Shown one piece after another: positions 21,935 to 29,873 of a DNA stretch of 32,000 nt. Each line of letters begins with the position of its first letter. The first letter of the stretch is position 1. The translations under genes were made by a program, and so were the position numbers. The notes beneath the pieces are model-generated. The model saw nothing but the letters and a program-made list of their open reading frames with translations, ran no database searches and was not told where the DNA came from. Source of the DNA: Aliivibrio fischeri ES114 (GTDB taxonomy: Bacteria > Pseudomonadota > Gammaproteobacteria > Enterobacterales > Vibrionaceae); the NCBI RefSeq assembly GCF_000011805.1, contig NC_006840.2; one strand, given 5' to 3'.

Positions 21935-22054
21935 TGCTTGGCGACCATAGCGTTATGGACCCACCTGATCCCATGCCGAACTCAGAAGTGAAACGTAATA
22001 GCGCCGATGGTAGTGTGGGGTTTCCCCATGTGAGAGTAGGACATCGCCAGGCTT
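21935..22054 (+). rRNA. rrf: 5S ribosomal RNA
   Basis: tgcttggcgaccatagcg...ccgaactcagaagtgaaacg...gagagtaggacatcgccaggct, collinear with E. coli 5S. Confidence 0.95.
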
Positions 22055-22133
22055 CCAATTTATTTTCACTTTTTTTAAAAGTGAAGACAAAAGTGTTATG
22101 AACACTTGTCAGCGACGACAAGTAGTCCACTGC

Positions 22134-22210
22134 GGAGTGGTAGTTCAGTTGGTTAGAATACCGGCCTGTCACGCCGGGGGTCGCGGGTTCGAGTCCCGTC
22201 CACTCCGCCA
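22134..22210 (+). tRNA. tRNA-Asp (GTC)
   Basis: ggagtggtagttcagttggttagaataccggcctGTCacgccgggggtcgcgggttcgagtcccgtccactccgcca. It gives a full cloverleaf with encoded CCA and is near-identical to E. coli tRNA-Asp. Confidence 0.95.
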
Positions 22211-22246
22211 CTTATTTAGACAGAGTTAAGTCTTTAAAATAACTAC

Positions 22247-22323
<77 letters not shown>

Positions 22324-22331
22324 TACTTAAG

Positions 22332-22362
22332 AAGGCTCATATCGAAAGGTATGAGCCTTTTT
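22332..22362 (+). terminator. rrn operon terminator T1 (repeat copy 1)
   Basis: aaggctcata-tcgaaagg-tatgagcctt followed by ttttt. Confidence 0.85.
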
Positions 22363-22386
22363 GCTACTTGCAGTTTAGGAAATGAC

Positions 22387-22447
22387 AGCGGATTCTCCCA
22401 CCATAAGAACGCGCGTGTAGGGAGTTCGAATCTCTCCACCCCTGCCA
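22387..22447 (+). pseudogene. tRNA-Trp 3' fragment, copy 2 (no 5' acceptor strand or D-arm)
   Basis: agcggatt plus a 20-nt filler, then gcgtgtagggagttcgaatctctccacccctgcca. The 35-nt 3' part differs from the real tRNA-Trp at 1 position. There is no aggggtg 5' strand upstream. Confidence 0.8.
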
Positions 22448-22454
22448 TACTTAA

Positions 22455-22484
22455 GAAGGCTCATATCGAAAGATATGAGCCTTC
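22455..22484 (+). terminator. Terminator-like hairpin T2 (repeat copy 2)
   Basis: gaaggctcatatc-gaaa-gatatgagccttc, a 13-bp perfect stem with a GAAA loop. The T-run is weaker (tttaat). Confidence 0.6.
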
Positions 22485-22510
22485 TTTAATATTTGCGGTT
22501 AGGAAAGAGT

Positions 22511-22571
22511 AGCGGATTCCCCCGCCATATGAACGCGCGTGTTGGGAGTTCGAATTTCTCCACCTCTGCCA
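22511..22571 (+). pseudogene. tRNA-Trp 3' fragment, copy 3
   Basis: agcggatt plus a filler related to that of copy 2, then gcgtgttgggagttcgaatttctccacctctgcca (2 mismatches to the real 3' part). Confidence 0.75.
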
Positions 22572-22580
22572 TATTTAGAA

Positions 22581-22611
22581 AAGGCTTGTATCGAAAGGTA
22601 CAAGCCTTTTT
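22581..22611 (+). terminator. Terminator hairpin T3 (repeat copy 3)
   Basis: aaggcttgta-tcgaaagg-tacaagcctt followed by ttttt. The stem differs from T1 by two compensatory base-pair swaps. Confidence 0.75.
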
Positions 22612-22706
22612 GCTATTTGTGGTTTAGGGAGGAGCAGTGAATTCCCCCTCTATAAGATGGGGAGCGAATATTCGGGATTTTAAAGTATTACTCTCATGTT
22701 TAGCTA

Positions 22707-23114
22707 TTAATCAAATTCGTTGTATTTAGATATGATGGTTTCTAAGGTTATGAATTCTTGATTTCCATATCTTGTGTCCCAAGCACTAGATATTGTTATG
22801 TGCTTTGCGGAGGCTGAAATAATGCTATCTACATTCCAAGTTAACGTATATGTAATACCATTGATTGTGACTTCATCTGATGATGTAGTAATGGAATCAT
22901 AAGTAATAGTTCCACCAGCTCCAGATGTTGAGCGACTACGAAATTTTTCTAATTGAGCTTCTGCGTTATAGAGAGCTTCAATACTTCTTGTCGCGTATTC
23001 GGATTTAAGTTCGATAAAAGTTTGTAACTTTAATAGCCCCAGAGCACCAATACCAATGATGGTAAATGAAATCATTATTTCAAGAAGATTAAATCCTTTT
23101 TGTCTAGAGATCAT
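22707..23114 (-). CDS. Type IV minor pilin, PilV/PpdC-like (start revised from 23240 to 23114)
   Basis: MISRQKG|FNLLEIMISFTIIGIGALGLLKLQ has a class III prepilin signal with Glu at +5. The RBS is aaaGGAtcttgga, and the start overlaps the upstream gene by 11 nt. The ORF-track extension has no pilin logic. Confidence 0.75.
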   Translation of the reverse strand: MISRQKGFNLLEIMISFTIIGIGALGLLKLQTFIELKSEYATRSIEALYNAEAQLEKFRSRSTSGAGGTITYDSITTSSDEVTINGITYTLTWNVDSIISASAKHITISSAWDTRYGNQEFITLETIISKYNEFD

Positions 23115-24411
23115 TCCAAGATCCTTTTTTCCATTGGTACTTTCCATCTTGGAAGTAGGGATTACTTTCTGCATGGAATTCAAGAGAGATATCACCAACA
23201 ATAGTACTAATACCTCCACTAACATCATAAATAACACCACCTTTTGGTGCTGAAGAGTAAAACATGATGCTAGTGGTTGTAGGTTCTACAAACTCTGAAA
23301 GAGCTGAACTTGCAGTGCTACCATGTGATTTATTCCAATAATTACTTATATTGTTAGCAACTATTGAATTTGACATATCAACAATATGATATGTTGTGCC
23401 TTTAAAATTCATCGCGCCAAATAAGGCAAAGGCCCCATCTTGTATAACAAGTATTTGTGAATCATTTGACTGTAAATCTAGAGGGCTATTGATATAGCAG
23501 TGGCCATGTAGCCATAACCCTTTATTCTTATTTGTGCCTGTAAAATGATTATTTATTTCTTGTGAGCAACTGGTCGCTGAGGTTATTTTTTTATAAACAA
23601 ACTCTTCTGTGTTTTGAGATACCTTGAGAATATTTTCTGTATTTTTTGGTAAATTGAAAAGGTTATAAAAAGGATCTAAATTAAGATCAGGAACGAAATC
23701 ATTTTTAAATGGTAATGGGTTACTCTCTCCTGGAAGAATATCATGAGCATTAATTGTTTCTATGGTGTCAGAACCATTCGTTGTTTTGGATATAATTGTC
23801 TTATAATCACTATGGCAATTACCATTGAACCCATCAAATGGTCCATTAGGCATAGGGTCACTTACTTCTAATCCGTTTGTGCGGGAAGATGAACCATGTG
23901 TAGAATTATGCTTGAAAGTGATGCTATTAGAAAAAGCAACGCTTACGCATTTATAATTATTACCACTCACTTTTTCATTTAATGCATCAGGTCTAATAGC
24001 AACAGTTCCTATAAACTTTAAATCACCAACAGTTTGAATGCTTCCATTACCTATTGAACTATTTGCTATAAATGACTTTTGTATAGTTTGGTTTGATGAC
24101 GTGGTTTCTGCTGTATATATTTTATCATTTAGCTCGACCTTAAATGACTCAATGGGTTGAGCATAAATATCACATTCGCTTGGAGTACTTGTTAGTATTG
24201 GAGAGATGTTTTTTGTTATTAAGTTAGATAATAAGCATTCGATTGCACCCTCAGCTCTCCAGTGCCCTTGTTTTGCTAATACTTCGTTTTGCGCTCTTTT
24301 GATTTGATAAAAAGTACTTTTATATGTACCCAAAGATAAAATTAAAGCGGCGAGGATTAGTAGTGATGTCATTATTAGAACAACTGCACCTTTTTCACTC
24401 TTTGTCTTCAT
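23104..24411 (-). CDS. Large PilX/YgdB-like pilus minor component (435 aa) with a C-terminal domain of unknown function
   Basis: The N-terminus KSEKGAVVLIMTSLLILAALILSLG resembles the PilX_N / YgdB hydrophobic segment and has no Glu at +5. It occupies the third position of a ppdA-ppdB-ygdB-ppdC-type operon. The remaining roughly 390 aa are N/S/T-rich with no motif I recognise. Confidence 0.6.
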   Translation of the reverse strand: MKTKSEKGAVVLIMTSLLILAALILSLGTYKSTFYQIKRAQNEVLAKQGHWRAEGAIECLLSNLITKNISPILTSTPSECDIYAQPIESFKVELNDKIYTAETTSSNQTIQKSFIANSSIGNGSIQTVGDLKFIGTVAIRPDALNEKVSGNNYKCVSVAFSNSITFKHNSTHGSSSRTNGLEVSDPMPNGPFDGFNGNCHSDYKTIISKTTNGSDTIETINAHDILPGESNPLPFKNDFVPDLNLDPFYNLFNLPKNTENILKVSQNTEEFVYKKITSATSCSQEINNHFTGTNKNKGLWLHGHCYINSPLDLQSNDSQILVIQDGAFALFGAMNFKGTTYHIVDMSNSIVANNISNYWNKSHGSTASSALSEFVEPTTTSIMFYSSAPKGGVIYDVSGGISTIVGDISLEFHAESNPYFQDGKYQWKKGSWNDL

Positions 24412-25031
24412 TATTGCCAGTTCCTTTGTTTTGCTCTGAAACTCAAACTTTTTGTCATTGTTGGTATATTCACTAATTTTGCGTCAAGTCGAACATCTAT
24501 AATGGATGACATTGCAGCGCTTGTGATTAGAGGGGTACTAACTATTGAAAAAGCAGTTACATGTATATTTTGCGAGTCAAAGAGTGAATTACAGTCACCA
24601 ACATCTGCTATTTCTTTTCGTTGAGTGATAAGCGTTTTTTCTTCGCAAACTTTTAATTTTTTATCTATAGAAGAGTATTTGTATACGATGTTTTGGTATG
24701 TTTTTTGTGCGCCAGACATTTTTCGATGATATGCAAAGCCAATGCTATCTGAGGTTATTTCAATAATATTTACTGCTCCGGATAATTTAATTGATTGTCC
24801 ATCAGCGCCATCATAACCAGCTCTTTGAATATCTTCTTTAATGATTTGCATTGTGCTAGTTAGATTTTGTGTTAATAGTAGTTCCAATCCTCGTTCTTTT
24901 GCCACACGTTGACCGTTAATAAAAATAGAACCAACAAGACTGATAGCGATAATTCCTATAAAAGATGCAATAAGAAGCTCAATCAGAGAGGCGCCTTTCT
25001 GTTTATATTTATGAACAGGAGTTATAGCCAT
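24411..25031 (-). CDS. Type IV minor pilin, PilW/PpdB-like
   Basis: MAITPVHKYKQKG|ASLIELLIASFIGIIAISLVG has a prepilin signal with Glu at +5, and IQRAGYDG parallels LQRAGY of E. coli PpdB. The alternative start ATG 25055 lacks an RBS. The stop overlaps the next start as TAATG. Confidence 0.7.
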   Translation of the reverse strand: MAITPVHKYKQKGASLIELLIASFIGIIAISLVGSIFINGQRVAKERGLELLLTQNLTSTMQIIKEDIQRAGYDGADGQSIKLSGAVNIIEITSDSIGFAYHRKMSGAQKTYQNIVYKYSSIDKKLKVCEEKTLITQRKEIADVGDCNSLFDSQNIHVTAFSIVSTPLITSAAMSSIIDVRLDAKLVNIPTMTKSLSFRAKQRNWQ

Positions 25032-25524
25032 AGAGAGTTCCACTTGTATTGTCATAGCAAATTTTAATTCTGCCTGGTGGGTTAGATAGAAAAACCTTTA
25101 AGGTTTTTGTAGTGTCGGTATTTGGGTGGAAAGTAAACGAACCTGGAGCTGGTCGCCCTCGTATTCCTTCAAATTTTGTTTTTTGATATGTATATGTATG
25201 TTTTAAGGTTATACCTTTGAAGTTACTACCATCTAAATAAGCAATCATATTTCCAGAAAGAGCCGATGAATCTCTTAGTACTAAACTCCATGAGCCCACT
25301 TTATTTTCTTCTGTTTTAGGAAATGAAATATGAACCCATAAATCTTTATTTTTTAGTACGGCTTCTGATTTCGCTTGAATTAAAAAACCATTTAGTTCGG
25401 TTGCTAAACGTTCCATTTTTACGCTGTTATTTATGGTATTGAAGTTTGGAGCTGCAACAGATAATAGTATTGCTAAAACGGTAACCGTAATTAAAAGCTC
25501 TAGTAAGGTAAACCCGCGATTCAT
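25009..25524 (-). CDS. Type IV minor pilin, FimT/FimU/GspH (PpdA)-like
   Basis: MNRG|FTLLELLITVTVLAILLSVAAPNF is a canonical prepilin N-terminus. The size and the LATELNGFLIQAKSEAV region fit the GspH/FimT family. It is the first gene of the operon. Confidence 0.75.
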   Translation of the reverse strand: MNRGFTLLELLITVTVLAILLSVAAPNFNTINNSVKMERLATELNGFLIQAKSEAVLKNKDLWVHISFPKTEENKVGSWSLVLRDSSALSGNMIAYLDGSNFKGITLKHTYTYQKTKFEGIRGRPAPGSFTFHPNTDTTKTLKVFLSNPPGRIKICYDNTSGTLYGYNSCS

Positions 25525-25621
25525 CTCTCAATTTCCTTTGTAACTTATTGATAGAGCAGCAATAACGCTTGCGTAAATTATATCAACTATTAAGAATATA
25601 AAGATGCTAGGTAGAGGATAA

Positions 25622-26059
25622 ATGGAAATGATTCTAATAAATAAATGTAACTCTAAATATAATCATACAAGAGGTATGACATTGATCGAATTAATGATTG
25701 CTATTGCAGTGATAGGTCTATTGTCTGCTATTGCTTATCCCGCATATACAAATCATATTTTAAAAGCTAATAGAATTGCAGTATTGGCAGATATTGCAAA
25801 GATTCAATTAGAAATCGAAGAAAAGTATATAAATAGTTATTCTAGTATCGCATCATCAATCATCAGCGGAGGAACCTGCTCTTTCTGTGATACGCAATTA
25901 GATAAATATACGCTGAGTTTTGAGGATTTGACCGCTACGACTTACACAATTAAAGCAGTCCCTAAAAATGAGCAACAAAATGATACTTGTGCAGGTAATA
26001 GTTATAATGAGATTACGCTAAATCAGTTTAATGTAGCGAGCCCTAGTGAGTGTTGGTAA
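25622..26059 (+). CDS. PilE-like type IV pilin, divergent from the minor-pilin operon
   Basis: ..HTRG|MTLIELMIAIAVIGLLSAIAYPAYTNHILKANR matches the PilE family N-terminal helix. C-terminal Cys residues (C..C) could form a D-region disulfide. The RBS agagga lies 4 nt before the ATG. Confidence 0.75.
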   Translation: MEMILINKCNSKYNHTRGMTLIELMIAIAVIGLLSAIAYPAYTNHILKANRIAVLADIAKIQLEIEEKYINSYSSIASSIISGGTCSFCDTQLDKYTLSFEDLTATTYTIKAVPKNEQQNDTCAGNSYNEITLNQFNVASPSECW

Positions 26060-26107
26060 ATAAAGGTGAGCATTTATAGTAATCGTACCCACCTTTGTAT
26101 TCATCAA

Positions 26108-27259
26108 TCACGCAACAAAAGCTAACACACCACCTGCAATAATAAAGAAGCTAACTAATCCAACTATTGGAAGTTTAGCCACTTTTAATAGTGCAAAGCC
26201 GATAAGTACTAGCGCCATATCTAAGCCAGAATTAACAGCGCTTGTGAATACTGGATCATACAACGCAGAAATTAGTAATCCCACAACCGCTGCATTAATA
26301 CCAATAATCGCTCCTGAAAGTGCTGGCTTTTTAGCAAGTACTTGCCAGTGATTAAATACACCAAGAACCAATAAGAAACCCGGTAAGAAAATAGCAACAG
26401 TGGCAATGATAGCGCCAAGTACTGGTTGCTCACTCCATAGTTCGTAGCCTAAGAAAGTAGCAAAGGTAAACATTGGACCAGGAACAGCCTGTGCAGCTGC
26501 GTAGCCAGTTAAGAAGCTATCCGTGCTAACTTGGTCGCCAACAATATTTTGTAGTAATGGTAGGACAACGTGACCGCCACCAAACACCAAACTACCAGCT
26601 TGGAAAAAGTCTGAAAATAAACCCAGTAGTGGTGAGTAACTTACAACTGTAGGTAATACAAAAAAGCATAAAGCAAAGATAATTAAAGGAAGCCAATTGA
26701 TGCCTTTTGAGTCTTGTTCAATTTGCTCTTTATCATCTGATTTTAGGTAAAAGCGTCCAATCAGTGCCGCAATAAATAATGCGAGCAATTGAGTTGTGAT
26801 AGACGGTAAAATCAGTAACAACGTTGCTGTCATTATACAAAGGAAGACGGTGAGCTTATCTTTACAGAAACTTTTATACATCCCCATAATCGCATCAGCA
26901 ACGACGACGACAGCGAGTAATTTTAAGCCGTGAATAACACCTTCAAAAACGTCATTACCAAAAAATGAGTGACTGATATTCGCAAGTAATACCATGATAA
27001 GAATAGACGGTAATGTAAAGCTAATTGAAGCTAATAAAGCCCCCAGAAGGCCTTTGCGGTGGTAACCTAATGCAAAACCTACTTGGCTTGAGCCTGGTCC
27101 TGGTAAAAATTGGCTTAATGCGATTAATTGAGCGTATTCTTCTTCACTAATCCATCCACGTTTTTGAACAAATTCATTTCTAAAGTAACCAATGTGGGCA
27201 GCTGGCCCACCAAAACTTACCCAGCCTAACAAAAAAAATCGTTTAAATATTTCAAACAT
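26108..27259 (-). CDS. chrA: Chromate ion transporter (CHR family, two-domain ChrA)
   Basis: 383 aa, polytopic. The N-terminal FLLGWVSFGGPAAHIGYF and the internal LVFGGGHVVLPLL repeat the CHR signature in both halves. Confidence 0.88.
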   Translation of the reverse strand: MFEIFKRFFLLGWVSFGGPAAHIGYFRNEFVQKRGWISEEEYAQLIALSQFLPGPGSSQVGFALGYHRKGLLGALLASISFTLPSILIMVLLANISHSFFGNDVFEGVIHGLKLLAVVVVADAIMGMYKSFCKDKLTVFLCIMTATLLLILPSITTQLLALFIAALIGRFYLKSDDKEQIEQDSKGINWLPLIIFALCFFVLPTVVSYSPLLGLFSDFFQAGSLVFGGGHVVLPLLQNIVGDQVSTDSFLTGYAAAQAVPGPMFTFATFLGYELWSEQPVLGAIIATVAIFLPGFLLVLGVFNHWQVLAKKPALSGAIIGINAAVVGLLISALYDPVFTSAVNSGLDMALVLIGFALLKVAKLPIVGLVSFFIIAGGVLAFVA

Positions 27260-27368
27260 AATCTACTCAGCTTTTGATGTGTGATCCAATTTTGGATATT
27301 CAATTTTGATGAGTTCAAGATTACGAGTTACTATAAAATTATTCAAATCGATTGTATTGCTATTAACT

Positions 27369-28301
27369 ATGAATGAAATTAATTGGAAGGCAGTAGACTT
27401 AAATTTATTAGTCGCTTTTAGCACTTTAATGGAAACCAAAAGTGTTTCACTCGCTGCAAATAAATTGTTTGTGGGTCAATCAGCGATGAGTCATAGTCTT
27501 TCTCGTCTGCGTGAGTTACTACATGATCCTTTGTTTGAAAGACAAGGACATCAAATGATCCCCACAGCAAAAGCGATTCAATTATATCCTTTAGTTAATA
27601 AAGTATTACAAACGATCTCTGGTGATATTTTAAAGGTGGATACGTTTGAAGCGAGTGAGTTTACCGGTACTTTTAAAATAGGGATGACGGATTATGCAGA
27701 ACTTCTTTTTGCAGCAGATATTTTTGATGCCATTCATCAATTAGCGCCAAATGCGCAACTTTGTTTTACTACGGTAGATAAAGCTAACTATCAAGATCGT
27801 TTTGATTCTGAACCATTAGATCTTGTTATTGGAAGCATGAAACCAGAATTAAAAGAATTTCAATATCAGACGTTATACACAGAAAAGCACGTATGTATGT
27901 GGGATGGACAGCGACATTTGTTTAGTTCGCCAATAACTCTTGACGATTATATTTCTTTGCCCCACGCATTAGTCAGCCCTGATGGAGCATTAAAAACAGG
28001 GGTAGATAAAGAGTTAAAAGCATTAGGAGTGGGTCGTTCTGTTAGTGTGGCCTCTAAGCATTTTTTAACCATAAGACATTTAATGAAAAAAAGAGATTTA
28101 ATTTGTGTGGTTCCTGAGTTGATGGCTCAGTTAGATCTTTTTTCTGAAAAACTGGTGCATTCCGAGCCACCAATTAATGTTGGGGAATTTGATATTCAAT
28201 TGATTTGGCAGACGAGAAATAAAGAAAATAAACGCTATCAATGGCTTAAAGAGTTACTTATTCAAACCATTGAGAAAAGCGTTGCAGTTTATAGGGCGTA
28301 G
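27369..28301 (+). CDS. LysR-family transcriptional regulator, divergent from chrA (start revised from 27306 to 27369)
   Basis: MNEINWKAVDLNLLVAFSTLMETKSVSLAANKLFVGQSAMSHSLSRLR is a LysR N-terminal wHTH beginning at the usual position. The upstream extension begins at a TTG codon and adds 21 residues upstream of the usual LysR N-terminus. Confidence 0.85.
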   Translation: MNEINWKAVDLNLLVAFSTLMETKSVSLAANKLFVGQSAMSHSLSRLRELLHDPLFERQGHQMIPTAKAIQLYPLVNKVLQTISGDILKVDTFEASEFTGTFKIGMTDYAELLFAADIFDAIHQLAPNAQLCFTTVDKANYQDRFDSEPLDLVIGSMKPELKEFQYQTLYTEKHVCMWDGQRHLFSSPITLDDYISLPHALVSPDGALKTGVDKELKALGVGRSVSVASKHFLTIRHLMKKRDLICVVPELMAQLDLFSEKLVHSEPPINVGEFDIQLIWQTRNKENKRYQWLKELLIQTIEKSVAVYRA

Positions 28302-28319
28302 TATGAGTTTTTCTAATTT

Positions 28320-28508
28320 CTATCGCCCAAAAGCGTCTTTAATTTTTTCATCTGTTTTATATTGGCTTAGTGCATAAACAGACCAAATAGCAGCAGGGAT
28401 CCAACCAATTAATGTGATTTGTAAGATAAGACAAATAATTCCGCTAAATGGACGTCCTATCGTAAAAAACTGTAACCAAGGCAGTAATAAAGCAAGTAGT
28501 AGTCTCAT
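28320..28508 (-). CDS. Small two-TM membrane protein, function unknown
   Basis: 62 aa with two hydrophobic segments (LLLALLLPWLQFF; IICLILQITLIGWIPAAIWSVYAL). The RBS is aggaaacgaa-ATG. I cannot name a family with confidence. Confidence 0.5.
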   Translation of the reverse strand: MRLLLALLLPWLQFFTIGRPFSGIICLILQITLIGWIPAAIWSVYALSQYKTDEKIKDAFGR

Positions 28509-28525
28509 TTCGTTTCCTATATCAA

Positions 28526-28561
28526 TAAAAAATGGCCAGTAACAATTACGCTACTGGCCAT
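28526..28561 (-). terminator. Rho-independent terminator of dapD
   Basis: The minus strand reads atggccagta-gcgtaattgt-tactggccat followed by tttttt. Confidence 0.8.
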
Positions 28562-28624
28562 AAGATTACCTTGGTCTTTATGAATAGAGTCTGAATACCT
28601 TATTCATATAATCCAGTTAAAAAA

Positions 28625-29656
28625 TTAGTTATTGCTGTGCAATTCGCTATTTAGTTCAACTGCTGATTTGTTCGTTAAACACTCGATTTGACCAGTGATA
28701 GAGTTACGACGGAATAGAAGATCGGTTTTACCAGCAAGATCACGAGCTTTCGCAATTTCAACTTCTTTGCCTTGATTGTCTAGCATGCTCACTTTTGTGC
28801 CAGCAGTAACATATAGGCCAGATTCAATCGTACAACGATCGCCCATTGGGAAACCAAGGCCGGCATTAGCACCAAGTAGACAGTTCTCACCAATAGAGAT
28901 AACCATTTTACCGCCGCCAGAAAGTGTACCCATGATAGAAGCACCACCGCCGATATCTGAACCATTGCCAACAACAACACCAGCAGAAATACGGCCTTCA
29001 ACCATGCTAACACCCGTAGTACCAGCGTTAAAGTTGATGAAACCTTCGTGCATAACTGTTGTGCCTTCACCTACATGAGCACCTAGGCGAACACGTGAAG
29101 TATCAGCAATACGAACACCAGTAGGAACCACGTAATCCACCATTTTAGGGAATTTATCAACGCAATCTACAGTTAGTGTTTCGCCGGCTAAACGAGCTTC
29201 GATTTGACGATCAGCAAGTTCAGGTAAATCGATTGGACCTTGGTTAGTCCAAGCAATGTTATGTAGAAGACCAAAGATACCATCTAGAACAGTACCGTGT
29301 GGTTTAACTAAACGGTTAGAGATAAGTTGAAGCTTTAAGAAACCTTCAGCAACAGATTGAGGTTGCTCATCAGTAGCTAAAACAACAAGAACTAATGGCT
29401 GTTTAGATTGAACTGCTTTTTCTGCAAATGCTGCGTTAGCAACATCACCGCTTGCTGCAAATGCGTTAGCAAGTTCAGTACAAACTTCAGAAGAAATTTC
29501 GATCGCTTGGTTGCCTTCAGCGTAACCACTTGCTTGTGCAATTGCCGAAACTAGTGCATCAGAAGGGTTAAGTACTGGGTGAGGGAAGAAAGCTTCAATA
29601 ATTTTATTGTCGCGGTTTTTTGTCGCTGTACCAAAGGCAAGAGCAAAATGAGCCAT
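28625..29656 (-). CDS. dapD: 2,3,4,5-tetrahydropyridine-2,6-dicarboxylate N-succinyltransferase (long-form DapD)
   Basis: 343 aa from MAHFALAFG (RBS ggag 9 nt upstream). The C-terminal left-handed beta-helix hexapeptide repeats (GAHVGEGTTVMHEGFINFNAGT...GNGSDIGGGASIMG) are typical of DapD. Confidence 0.88.
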   Translation of the reverse strand: MAHFALAFGTATKNRDNKIIEAFFPHPVLNPSDALVSAIAQASGYAEGNQAIEISSEVCTELANAFAASGDVANAAFAEKAVQSKQPLVLVVLATDEQPQSVAEGFLKLQLISNRLVKPHGTVLDGIFGLLHNIAWTNQGPIDLPELADRQIEARLAGETLTVDCVDKFPKMVDYVVPTGVRIADTSRVRLGAHVGEGTTVMHEGFINFNAGTTGVSMVEGRISAGVVVGNGSDIGGGASIMGTLSGGGKMVISIGENCLLGANAGLGFPMGDRCTIESGLYVTAGTKVSMLDNQGKEVEIAKARDLAGKTDLLFRRNSITGQIECLTNKSAVELNSELHSNN

Positions 29657-29826
29657 GTAATGATTCTCCATTTCCATATAAATATTAGTATTTAAAAATA
29701 AATCTTACTTCACATCATAAAGAGAGTTGCTGTGATATAGAAGAGCGAAACCATAAAACTTTGGTTAAAAATAGAAAAAGTTAAAAAAGCAGAAAGTGAA
29801 GAGCGAGTAGATGTATAGAGTACAAA

Positions 29827-29857
29827 TAAAAATAGCAGCGATTAGGCTGCTATTTTG
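29827..29857. terminator. Terminator downstream of yebG
   Basis: aaaaatagcagc-gattag-gctgctatttt, with A/T runs on both sides. Confidence 0.75.
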
Positions 29858-29873
29858 AAAGTATTTTTAGCAA

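Noticed and set aside
26060-26107. Hairpin aaaggtg...cacctttg between the PilE-like gene and chrA as a bidirectional terminator
   Set aside because: It is a 7-bp stem with a loop of about 21 nt and no proper T-run. That is too weak to call.
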